The notes under the pieces: model-generated
What the model saw: the letters and a program-made list of their open reading frames with translations, nothing else
Database searches by the model: none
What the model was told of the DNA's origin: nothing
Shown: piece after piece, positions 25,101 through 36,066 of the stretch
How positions within the stretch are numbered: the first letter of the stretch is position 1
Layout of the letters: every line of letters starts with the position of its first letter
NCBI GenBank assembly: GCA_001724265.1
Contig: MEDY01000135.1
Span: forward strand, 1-64,000
Reading direction: 5' to 3'
From: Rhizaria sp. SCN 62-66
Lineage: Eukaryota
DNA length: 64,000 nucleotides
Position numbers and translations under genes: made by a program

Positions 25101-28100
25101 GCGAGGTCGAGCTAGGGCAGGTACAGCGCCGCGGCCACGGGCGCTGCGCCGCCGGCGGCGCTAGTGCTGCAGTGCGCGGCGAGCACGCGAACGGCGCTGG
25201 CGGCGGCGCGGCGCAGGGCCTCCCAGGCGGCGTTGATCGTGACAGCGGCGCGCACGACTGAGACAACCCAGGCCGCGTTGCTGCTGGCAAAGCCGACGAC
25301 GACACCGCGGGAGCCATTGCACAGGCCCTGTTAAGAGCAAAGATAGAAAACAAAAATAAAATCAGTACATATGAGTTAATAAAAAGCTCGACCTCGAATT
25401 GTTATGTTTAGACAGCATCTTTCTTGTTTTCGCGGTCGCACGTACCAGTCGCAGCGAGAGGTTCTTGACGAGCATGACCTGCGCGCCGGTGACGAGCGTC
25501 AGCTCCGTGGGCGCCGGGCACGCCTGTGCGAGCGCCTTGAGCGCGCTGGCCTCGCCCTTGTCCGTCGCCGAGTACCGCACCTCGCCCGCGCGCGCGGAGT
25601 AGCGCATCACCGGCGGTGCGGGCAACAGCGCGGCTGCGGGCGCTGCCGCCACAGCCGGCGCTGCAGGCGCTGCTGGAGCCTCTTCGACAACTGCAATAGC
25701 TGCTGCAGGCTCGGCTTTGACAGCAGCGGGTCGACCGTAAATGCTGCGATCGCCGCCACCGCCGCCCTGGGACATCGCGAGCTGGCGCGCCGATACAAAT
25801 CCGCCCATGCTCGCCACGCTGTTCGCGCTTACATCGCCAGAGTGCTGCAGCTGCTGCTGTTGCTGCTGCGATGCCGGGGCGGGGCGGTGCCAGGGCCGGT
25901 CGCTGCCCAGCTCCCAGACGCCGAGCCGCTGCAGCGCGCGCCACGGCGGCAGCGGCGCGCAGGCGTCCTGCTCCGCCGCGGCGGCCGCGAGCGACACTTC
26001 GTAAAGCCAGTCCGCAAACGCGGTCTCGAACCGCGCAGTGTCGCTGCTCTCGCTCACGGCGCGGCTCCCGGCGGCGCGTGCGGTCGCGGCGGCCACGGCG
26101 GCGGGCACGGGCGCGCGCGAGAGCACGGCCGTGAGCAGCGAGCGCAGCGCCACTGCCGACGGGTCGCCGGGGACGGCGCCGGCGGCGGCGGAGCTGGAGG
26201 GCGCGAGGCCAGCGGGCACACCGGGCAGCAAGCGCTCGGCCGCGCCGGCCGCGCCGAAGCCCCCTAGCGCGCGCACCGCGGTCGACATCGCGGTTTCTGC
26301 GGCAGATACAGTCACAGTCGCTGCAGCGCCGGGCTCGGGCTTCGCGCTGTGCGTGAGAGCTGGCGCATTCGCGCTTGTGCTCGCGTTGTTGCTGCCCAGG
26401 GACAGCGGCGGCGCGCAGACCGGCAGCATGCGCGAGAACGCGCGCGTATGCTGCGTGAGCGCGGGGTGCAGCGCCTCGAGACGCGCGTTGTTCTCGGCCG
26501 CGACGTCCATGCGCGTGGTGAACAACAGCGTGGGCTCGATTCCGTCCAGCGCCGAGTCCTCTGCGGCGCGCGCGGGGGCGCCCGCGTCCGCGGGCGACGC
26601 GCTCGCAGCGGCCTCGGTCCCCGCGGGCGCGAGCAGGGCGGAAACCTCGGCACTCCTACTACCGCCGCTGCTGTTGTTGCTGCTGCTGCGACAGCGGTTG
26701 CCGCCCGAGGTCAGCGCCAGCGATGCCACGTCCATGAGGTGCAGAACGGCGTCCGCCAGCGCCGCCGCCGTGGGCGCCGCCGTGGTGGCCGTCGCGTCGC
26801 CGCCCGCCGCGGCCGGGCTCGTGGGCGTGCCCGCGCCACCGGCACCGTGGGCTTGGTGCACGGCGGGAGAGCCCAAGAGGAGGAGCACGACGGCGTCGCC
26901 GACCGTGAGCGCGCCGGAGCCCTGGCGAATGCGGCCCAGCATGCTCACGAACGCTGTGTCGCCGGCCTGAGGCGTTGAGATAGACGAGGAAGAAATTGTG
27001 AGGAAAAAAGTGTAAGAGTGAATATGACAGTTGATAGAACTCTTGAATGGTTAGCAATAAAAAATCGATGTGTCGAGTTTTCCTCTTACATACCTGACGG
27101 TATACGTGCGTGAGCAAGTGCCGCGCCGAAGGGGGGATCAGCTCGCTAAAGCTATCTGCAGAGAAGCAAAACTGTGCGCTCGGATGGACTGTGCTCTCGC
27201 GCTCACGGTCACCGGAACTGGAACTCAAGGCACTGGCTGCAGAGCTGTTACTACCTGTGCTACTATAGTTACTGTTACTGATGCTGCTACTGCTGATGTT
27301 ATAGCTTGCCGCAGTGCCATACCGCGGTTGCTGTTGCTGTGGTTGCTGTTGTTGTGGCGGTCGCGACTCTGGCTTCGGCAGCCGAAAGCGCGCAATCGAG
27401 TTCTGCATCGCCGCAGCAGTCGGCTGCGCAATGCTAGAGCTGCTGTTGCCGCTGCCGCGCGTCCGCTGCTGCCATTGACCGTGCTGCCCCGCGCCCATCG
27501 GGACAGCGGCAGGGGCCGGGGACGGCGCGGGCGACTGCGACGGAGCGAGCCAGGGGTTGAAGGACGCGGCGGCGGCAGAAGCAGCCTGCTGCTGCTGCTG
27601 CACGACGCGCGCCTGCTGCTCGGCCCCCGCGTCGGGCACTGGCGGCAGCTGGAGGAAGTCGCCCGTGAGCAACAGCTGCATGCCGCCCCAGGGAGTCGCC
27701 AGCGTCGCAGCGCGCGCGCGCTCCTCCTGCTCCGACAGCTTGCTCCGCGCCTTGTTGCCGCCGCCGCCGCTGCCGCCGCCGGCGTTGCTGCCGCTGCTGC
27801 TGATGCTGCTGAGGCCGGCGCCGAGGCGCGGGCGCGCGGCGCGGGCCTCCCTGCCGACGACGTCGAGCTTGCTCCATAGGTCCGCACTGACCATCGAAGC
27901 CTCGTCGATGACGATCGAATGCGTGTCTCGCCAGCGCACGGCGGCGGCGCTGTCGAGGTTGGCCGTGATGCGGCGCGCAAGCACGTCTGCACCCTCCTTG
28001 GCGAGACCGACGCCCGCGAACGAGTGCAGCGTGAGCCCGCGCAGCGCGACGGCCGCAATGCCCGTCGACGCCGTGATGGCCGCGCTTTCGTCCCGCTGCA

Positions 28101-30189
28101 GCAGCGAGAGCACCACGCGCAGCAGGTGCGACTTGCCCGTGCCGGCGGGGCCCGTGATGAGGACGGAGCGCCGCCGCAGCAGCACGTCGGCCGCCGCCAC
28201 GAGCTGCTGCGGCGCCAGCGTGGCCAGCAGCGCCGCGGCGTCGCGCAGCAGTGGCGGCAGCCGCAGCGGCAGCAGCGCCAGCGCTCGCTTCGGCAGCAGC
28301 GCGGAGCCCACTTCGGGGGCGGCGGCTGCGGTCATAGCGCTGGCGGCGCAGCAGGAGGACGCCCACGAACGGTCACTGTGCTGCTGCGGCGGCTGCTGTG
28401 GCTGCAGCTGCGGCTGTGCGTTCTCGCGCTTGACAGAGATTCGGGCATAGATCGAGCTTGCGCTCGCACTTGTGCTAGAGCTAGAGTTAGAGCTAGGGCT
28501 GACTGATGAGTTATTGTTGATCGTCTCGCCGTTGTCGTTATTGTTCGCTGCAATGGCGCGCAGCTCCGGAGTCATCTCAGTCAAATGGTCCTCCGTGAGC
28601 GCCTGATACAGCGCCCGCTCGCTGTATCCGCAGCCGCAGTCGCAGTCCGCCAGCAGCGGCACACCGGCGTTGGTGACGAAAATGGAGCCCGCGATGTCGA
28701 GCTCGAGGTCAATGTCATGCTTGCCGTCCTCCGCCTTCACAGCCGCGCCGCCGCCGTAGCCGTTGCCGCCGCGCTGGGGAGCCCCGAGTAGCTGCAGCCG
28801 CAGCAACCTCTCCTGCCTCAGACTCTCCTGCCTCACAACATCGCCACGGGCGGCAGTGGCGCTCTCCGCGGGCGGCGTCTGCGTCTGCGTCGCCACGAGC
28901 GCGGCTGCGGTCTCGGTCGCGCGGCGCAGCGCGTGCGGACACCACCCGGCAACGGCCCGCAGCGCGCGCGCACGCCGCCGCAGCGCGGACACCCAGCTGT
29001 ACGCCTCGGCCTGCTCGCGCGCCCGCCTCATCAGTATGGCGCGCGTCTCGCGGTGCGCGGCGCTGGCGCTGGGGTACTTCGCGAGGTCGCGCGCGAGCGC
29101 CACATCGCGGTCGGCGCGGGCGAGGCGCGCCCACTGCAGCGTGGCCGCGTCGTCGGCCAGCGGGTCGTCGCACAGCTCGTCTGCCTCGCGCGCGCCGCGG
29201 AGCGCGGCGGCGGCCGCGGCCGAGTGCGGCGCAAGCGACAGCGCGGAGAGCCACAGGCAGCGCGGGCAGCGCGCGCAGGAGCCGGGCGGCAGCGCGTCCT
29301 CGCGCCACGGGTCCTCCGGCTCCGACGGTGACAGCAATTGCGACTGCGGCGCTGATGCAGACGCTGAAGCTGAGGCTGAAGCTGAGGTTGTTGTTGTCAT
29401 GTTAGCTGTGTACGTTGCTGGTGCGACGGGGACAAGGTCTTCCTCCTGCAGATTGCACAGCTCCAGCGGGTGCTTTTCGGCCAGCGCCAGGAGGATGTGG
29501 CAAATCAGCGCCGCGCTCGCCCGCGTCGCGCGGTTCCTAAAAAAGCGGTCCAGCGCCTCGGCGGGGACGCGCGGCAGCGCGGGCGGGCACTGCGGGGCCT
29601 GCGCAAGGGGCAACAGGCGAGGGGCAGCGGCGGCCGCAGTGGACGCGGGCGCGGTGGGCGCGGGGACAGCAGAGGATGCGTCGGACATCAGCATTGGTGC
29701 CGCTGGTGGTACTGCGGGCGTGATGCTTGCGGCAACAGCGGCCGCGGTCGGGGTAACAGGCGCGGCCACAAGAGGAATAGCTTGTTGTGTTAGCTGCTGA
29801 TGCGGTTGCCGCTCTTGTTTGGGGACAACAGACTCGACTGCCAGGAGAAGAAGTTGCTGATGCTGCTCCTGCTATTGCGCTTGTTGCTGTTGGTGCTAAT
29901 ACGACTGACTGGTGTTGGAGAGGGACGCGCAAAGCTCAAACGCCTCAAGCGGCGGCGGGCTGTCGTCCTCGCCACCAAAAAATCTCTCGGTGCAGCTCAA
30001 AGCCTGGCTGTACGTCAGCGCGACAGCAGAAGTGTTAACGCTGTCTAAGTCGTTGTCGCAACCACTGCTGGCCCCGGAAGACAGGAGCGCAAAATCGAAC
30101 GCGTACAACTCAGCGTCTGTCATCCCAACGGCGCCGTGTGAGGGGTCTGCGCTAGCAGAATGCCCGCAGGGCCGGGCTGAGTCACTCAT
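22136..30189 (-). CDS. PIF1: Pif1-family 5'-3' DNA helicase expanded to about 2600 aa, exons 30189-27094, 26966-25446, 25327-22136, three in-frame TAGs (29898-29896, 29874-29872, 25114-25112)
   Basis: [10 protein letters not shown] (I), TASTGIAA (Ia), [18 protein letters not shown] (II), GDFLQLPPV (III), [23 protein letters not shown] (IV), [10 protein letters not shown]..|[31 protein letters not shown] (V), GQTYVALSR (VI). Ends in TGA. The exact start codon is less certain. Confidence 0.92.
25112..25114 (-). other. in-frame TAG between the Pif1 GLCNGSRG element and helicase motifs V/VI (LYLP*LDLAP)
   Basis: Exactly 71 codons after the exon start at 25327 and in frame with the 25096-22136 ORF. 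Confidence 0.85.
29872..29898 (-). other. two in-frame TAG codons embedded in a poly-Gln tract (SQSY*HQQQQAQ*QEQHQQ)
   Basis: Minus strand reads TAT TAG CAC CAA CAG CAA CAA GCG CAA TAG CAG GAG CAG CAT CAG CAA and continues in frame into the 29769 ORF. Confidence 0.8.
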
Positions 30190-30651
30190 GCTAAGAACCG
30201 TTGTCGATCGGAAGTCGCAGAGGACTGGAACGGCGAAGGAAGGTGTCAGTGGTCTTTCTTCGCTCGACGATGAAAAATATTAGTTCAAGAAACACAAATT
30301 TGAGAGAATAAACCTGGATAAAATTATCATGCGGGACTAGTTGTATATATGTTACAGACGGAGAAATCAGTGCGAACTCCTACATTTTAACTACGCCTTT
30401 GAAGCGTTGACTCGGCGGGCAGATGGCGCGATCTCGGATCGCACTATATTTTGTCATGCAGCGTCATTTATACCGAATTTCTGCAAAATATTGCACTTTT
30501 TCTGTCTTTTTTGAACTTACCCCTTTACCCTCTTCAAATATCATCTCCACACCTCTTTTTTATTCACCTCTTTGTCACAGAAAACCTCCCCCAGTTTCGC
30601 ACTCCCACTTTCTCGTGCGGGTCCGTTCCTCTGGCTCGTGCTCCCGCGCGT

Positions 30652-33600
30652 ATGAACGACGCTTCCGAGCGGCGGCGTTCTGCCTCAGGTACCGCTCCTA
30701 CACTAGCTTCTGGTCGCAGTCCGAGACGCCAGGATCACTCTGCCTCCGCGCCGCCACACTCTATAAGATCAGCGCAGGCTCCCTCAGTGACTCCTGTCGC
30801 GCCCGCGACCCCGCGCCCCGCGAACACGCTCGCGCCTCGCGGACTGGCTATGGCCGTCGTTCCAGTGCAGCTCTCGTCGTTTTCCGCTTCTGGCCGCCTT
30901 CCGCCGTCGAAACAGCAACAACAGCAGGCAGAGCAGCAAGGCGATGAGTCGCCCGCTCTCCCCGGTCTGCACTCGATCTCGATGCCCGGCTACCTGCACT
31001 CCGCAACGCAGCCCGCCCCGACGCCCGCCGACTCCGCCTCCGCGGCCGCGGCGCCCGTGTCGGCCCTGCGGGGGCTGCGCGGCGCCACGAGGTCGACGCA
31101 GAACTCCCCGTTTATCGCCGGGCTCAACGACGTACCAATGTGCGCCGGCGTCAACAACAATGACGACGAAGACTACGATAAAGACGACGACGACCACGAC
31201 GACGACGACTACACCGACGTCAAGAGCGGCAACAAGCATCTGCCTCCTTCTGTTTCAGTGCCAGCGCCAGCGCCAGCCTCAGTCCCACTGCCACTGCCAC
31301 TGCCACTGCCGCTGCCGCTGCCAGTGCCGCTGCCAGTGCCGCTGCCAGTGCCGCTGCCAGTGCCAGCGCCAGCGCCAGCGCCAGCGCTGCCACGCGTCCC
31401 CGCCCCCGCCTTCCCGCTGCCGTCTCTCGTGGCGGCCTCCGCGCCTGCCGCCGCGCCGCCACAGTGGCCGCTGCCGCCGCGGCAGCGCGCATGGGCGTTG
31501 CTAGCGGCCGTGGCGCTGACGGCCGCGGCGTGTGACCCCTGGGGCGCGGACGCATGCGCCTACAGGGACGTTCTGGAGGAGCTGGCGGTGCGCGCGTGCG
31601 TTGGTGTGGACGCGCCGCGGCGGCTGGCCAGGGATGCGATCGCCATCGGTGGCGGCGGCAGCGCGGCGGGTCCGCGTGCGCGCGCGAACAGTAAGCAACG
31701 AAGCGCGCGTGTCATCGGCGATACCGACGACTTGGACGATGTCGACCGCGGCAATAATGACGATGAGGAAGATGATGATGCTTATGACGATGGTGACGAC
31801 AGCAGTGACTGTGAGTCTGAGGCCGAGGCCGCGCGGGCCGCCGCGGAGGACGCCGCGGGCAACGGCCACAGCTGGAGCGCGCCGCCGCTGTCCGTGGTGA
31901 GCGATATCCAGGCCAACCCGCAGCTCATGTTTCTGCACAGCAAACCAGGCAGCGGCAGCAACAGCAACAACAACTCTAACACATCATCATCATCGTTGTC
32001 ATCATCGTCATCGACAAGTGGCGGAAACGGGAGCGGCAAGAGCGGCTCCGGCGGCGGCGGCTCGAAGCTGCCCCCGTCGGCGCTGCTGCTGCAGCGCCTG
32101 GCGCCGCCCGACGCGCGCCCGCGCTGCCCGCTGTACGTCGCGGCGCTGGATCTCCCGCCCACGGGCCCCGTGCTGCCGCCGGACCTGGCCACGTACCGGC
32201 TGCAGGCGGCGCGTCGCAGGGTCGCCTTCCTGGCCTCGCTGGCGGCAGCGGCGGGCGCGGGCGGCGCGGGGGCGGCGGCAAGCTCTGCGGGCAGGGCCGG
32301 CAGGGGCGCGTTTGCGGCCCCGCTGTGCCTGGGCTTCCCCGTCACCTCCACGGTCGCAGCGAGCGCGAACGTGAGTGCGAGTAAGAGTGTGCGCGACAGC
32401 GACGACTCGGCGACGGACGTACTGACGAACTACATTGCGACGCTGCTGCTGTGCCTCGCGCCGCAGGTTGCTGTGGCAGAGGCCTACGACGTCAACGCCA
32501 ACGCAAAGTCGACGAGGGTACGGGAACGAACTTGAAAAAAATGAGCCAAAACAGCCACACTTAAACTGAATTTATGGTCTCGCAAGTATTGATTGTATAT
32601 TTACTAAATTGGCGTGTTTTATTTTCTATCTTGTTTTTATCAGTGTGCTCATCTCTGTGCGTGTAATAACCGCTGTTATCTTCCTTCAATATCGCCCACA
32701 GCCGTCCCTGTGGCCACTGGAGCGCGCCCATAGCCGCACGATGACGCTGCGTCGCCGCGTGGCCCTGGCGCTTGCCTCTCTGCGCCGCACGGTTTGCGCC
32801 GAGCCCGGCCAGGCGTGCGCGCGCGGCCGCCGCGTGCTCGTGGCGTCGCTGCCCGCGCTGCCGCTGGCGCCGCTGACGCTGCCGCAGCTCGCCGCGCGGT
32901 GGGCGCAGCCGCCGCCGCCGCCCGCGCACGAGGTCATGGAAATTGCCGCCGCGGCCGTCCACGCCCGCAACTTTGCCAACAACAACAACAACAACAGTAA
33001 TCACAGCCACTCGAACGCCGCGAACCACGGCACCGGGATTGGCAGTGCGAGTGGCCGTGCGGGTGGGGAAGGTGTGATGAACCCGCTCATCGTACTGGCC
33101 GACAAAGGCAGGCAGTTTCTCCCGCTTACCAAGCAGCTTGCGCGCAACTGCGGACACTACAACGACGACGACAACGAAGACCACAATAACAATAACAACA
33201 ACAATGCCGCGGCTGCGATTGGTGGCAGCCACGGGTCTGCCGCCCAGCCCCCGATGCGGACCGCGGTGGACCTCTACGACGACCCCGTCCTGGCCCCGCT
33301 GGCGCTCGAACAACGTCTGCTGCTGCTCGCACACCGTGCCTGGCCCGTCGCGGCCGCCGCGCTAGCGCCCAAGGACTCGAACGGCAACAGCAGCTTTGAC
33401 TCAGCGGGCGCGGGCGCGGGCGCGACTGCAGCTGCTGGTGCCAGGCCGTCGCTGCGCGCGCTGTCGCACCCTTCGGCGCGCGCAGCCGTGGCCGCCGCGG
33501 CCCGCGCCGGGCTGGCCGCGGTGCCACTACCGGTCTGGGGCGTGGCGACGGCGCTGGCGGACGACTGCGAGGACGCCGACGAGAACACGTTCGACGCCTC

Positions 33601-35524
33601 GCTCGCCGACGGGGACTGGGAGGTGCGCTGGGACGCCGCGGGCGCGGTTGCGCTAGACCGGTTGCCGCGCTCTCTCAGGGCCAGAGCCAGCCGCTGGGCG
33701 AGCACCCGCAGCGGCAGCAGTGCTGCTGCAGAGAGCCGAGGCGGCAGTGAGACTGACCCTGATCTCGCGTTTGCGGCTGCAAGCCTAGTTCACGGCTCCG
33801 CGACTGCTCGCGTCATTGCTCTCGCTGCAGCCAAGAATAGCAACATCAGCAGCAGCAGCGCAAGCGCAAACACAAACGCTGCTGACACTGCAGTTGGTGC
33901 GGGTGTTGTCGCGGCAGTGGACAACGACAAGTCCTTGAAAGCGAGAAAGAAGCCCCCAGCGTACGCGCCTCACATCGAAAATCAGGCTTTACTCCCCGAC
34001 AATGGCACGAACATCAACGTGAACACTACTGCAGACGTTGACAACGCTGGTGCTGGCCCGGGCGCTGGCACCAGCGGCGCTGCAGTGGAAAGCCCTGCCA
34101 CGGTGTCAAAACGCAGACAGTCTGCCCGTCTTTCGCCTGTGACCGCACGTAACCCGGACGCACACACTGCAGCCACGGCAACCGCAACGGCAACAGCGAC
34201 AGATGATGCTGGTGCAGGTTCAGGTGCTAAGAGTACGCAGCAGCAACAAGTGCGCACCCCACCAGCCAAGCGCAAGTCTCTTTCCCAATCGCTTCCTCAG
34301 TCTCTCTCACAGCAATCCCTGACACAGTCGCAGTCAGCGCAAGCATCGGTGCAGGTGCAGCCGCTACCGCTCCAAAACAGTACCCCGATGGAGCCCCCTT
34401 TGAGCCGCAAGACGACCGCCGCCGTGGCCACGATCGCGGCGCTGCTGCAGCCCTGCAACAACTGCGGCAGCACAAGCGGACACAATGCGAACGCTTCCAC
34501 GACTGCAGCTAAAAACAGCGCGGACTCTGGTGCAGACTCTGGTGCGGGTGCTGTCCCACAGCAACAACAGCAGCAGCAGCAGCAGCAGCACGTGTCTCGG
34601 TCGAACGCGCTCGAGGCGTGGGGCATCGCGCGCCGGGCGCCGCCGACAACCGTGCGCGGCGCCATCGCGGACACGCTTCATTCGTTCGCGGCCGCGGCGC
34701 GCGTGTGGCGACGTACAATTGCCGCCGCGCTTACTGGCTTGCGCAAGAGCAGTATCACCACGCTCGCCTCCGCAAACGATCTAGATGCCGTGACGCCCGT
34801 CAACAAGAGAGGAGCGAAGTCGGTGACGACTCCAGCGACGGCGGCAGCATCAAGTGCGACGTCAACGTCTTCTGCGGCGAATGGCAAGGCCGCTGCCGTG
34901 ACCGGAGCTGCCCCGGGTGCGCTCGCTGCAGTGCTGCGCGCGACGCGGGGGCTGCAGCTGCTGCGGCGGCTACAGCGGCGGGCGCTGCTGAAGGAGGCGC
35001 GGGCGCAGACGCGGGCCGAAAGCAGGGCCAGGGAGCGGGAGAAGGAGAAAGTCAAAGAAAAGAGCCGGAAGAGCAATGGCATCAAGCGCGCGAAAGACGC
35101 TGATGCAAAGCAGACACCAAACGCTCTCGCCACTGTCAACGCGAATCACCAGCAACAGCAGATTGACAAGGCGCACGGGCAAACGCAAGCGCAAGATGAC
35201 TTAGCTGTTGCGCCCAACGCCGCTGCACCTGTGCCTGTGCCTGCTGCTGCCAATGACGGCGGTGGCGGCGGTGGCGGTGGTGGCGAGAAGCAGTGGTGCG
35301 AGTGGTGCCGAGCCAGCTTCTACGACCCGCCCGCCGTGCACATCCTCTCCGCGCGGCACAAGGCCTACGTCAACGACGACAGCCAGTACGCTGAGATGCT
35401 GGCGTACGTTGAGTGGCTGCGGCGCACGCGCGCGCTGACGCCAGGCGTGGCTCCAGGCACCGCGCGGGGCAAGAGGACCTACCAGCAGACAGTATTTGAC
35501 ACTGACACCGACACAGAGAAGTGA
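30652..35524 (+). CDS. DBF4: Dbf4-like protein (candidate regulatory subunit of Cdc7/DDK), about 1562 aa, exons 30652-32517 and 32702-35524
   Basis: C-terminal DBF-type zinc finger QWCEWCRASFYDPPAVHILSARHKAYVNDDSQY; NPLIVLADKGRQFLPLTKQL resembles Dbf4 motif M. Intron 32518-32701 (GTACGG..CACAG). Ends in TGA. Confidence 0.65.
31285..31386 (+). repeat. hexanucleotide coding repeat giving (PL)n(PV/PL)n(PA)n
   Basis: Run of CCACTG/CCGCTG/CCAGTG/CCAGCG units. Confidence 0.85.
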
Positions 35525-36066
35525 GATTGCTGGACGATATGAGGTGTTGTTCTTGCTCTACACTTTATTTATTCGTGTGACTGCACTTATTTGTTATTTT
35601 CACCAAGATTAAACTTAGTTTAGTGATACATAGACTTACTTTTGCACAGGACATCTGATGAGCACATCACATGTATCTCATACTTTCACCAGAATACAGA
35701 TGACAATCGAGAGCATACTCGATAACCACCAGTTGTAAAGACGGCAATGGCTTGATAGCTGTAAGAGAACGTTGGGAGCAAGATGGAACAATGGGTTTGA
35801 CCATGATGAGTGCTTTTTTTAAAGTTGCCATAGCGTGGCGTACACAACTACTGGTGGCCCCGCTGGCAGACCCCAAGCGGTCAGATCGCATGGGCCTGTC
35901 CTGCTTTCAATCTTCCGACAGTAAACAAATAGCCTGTGATTTCGAATGAACTCTTCTTGTTTGTTTTATTTTCATTTTTCGAATTTGGCCTCACTTGACT
36001 ATCCCTGACATACGCTCTCCAGAACACCGACCGTTTCTACAGCTGCGACTCTTTTCCGGCGTCAAC

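Noticed and set aside
22136-30189. Pif1 as part of a Helitron or other mobile element
   Set aside because: No HUH/Rep motifs, terminal hairpin or element ends seen. It has host-type introns and sits among housekeeping genes.
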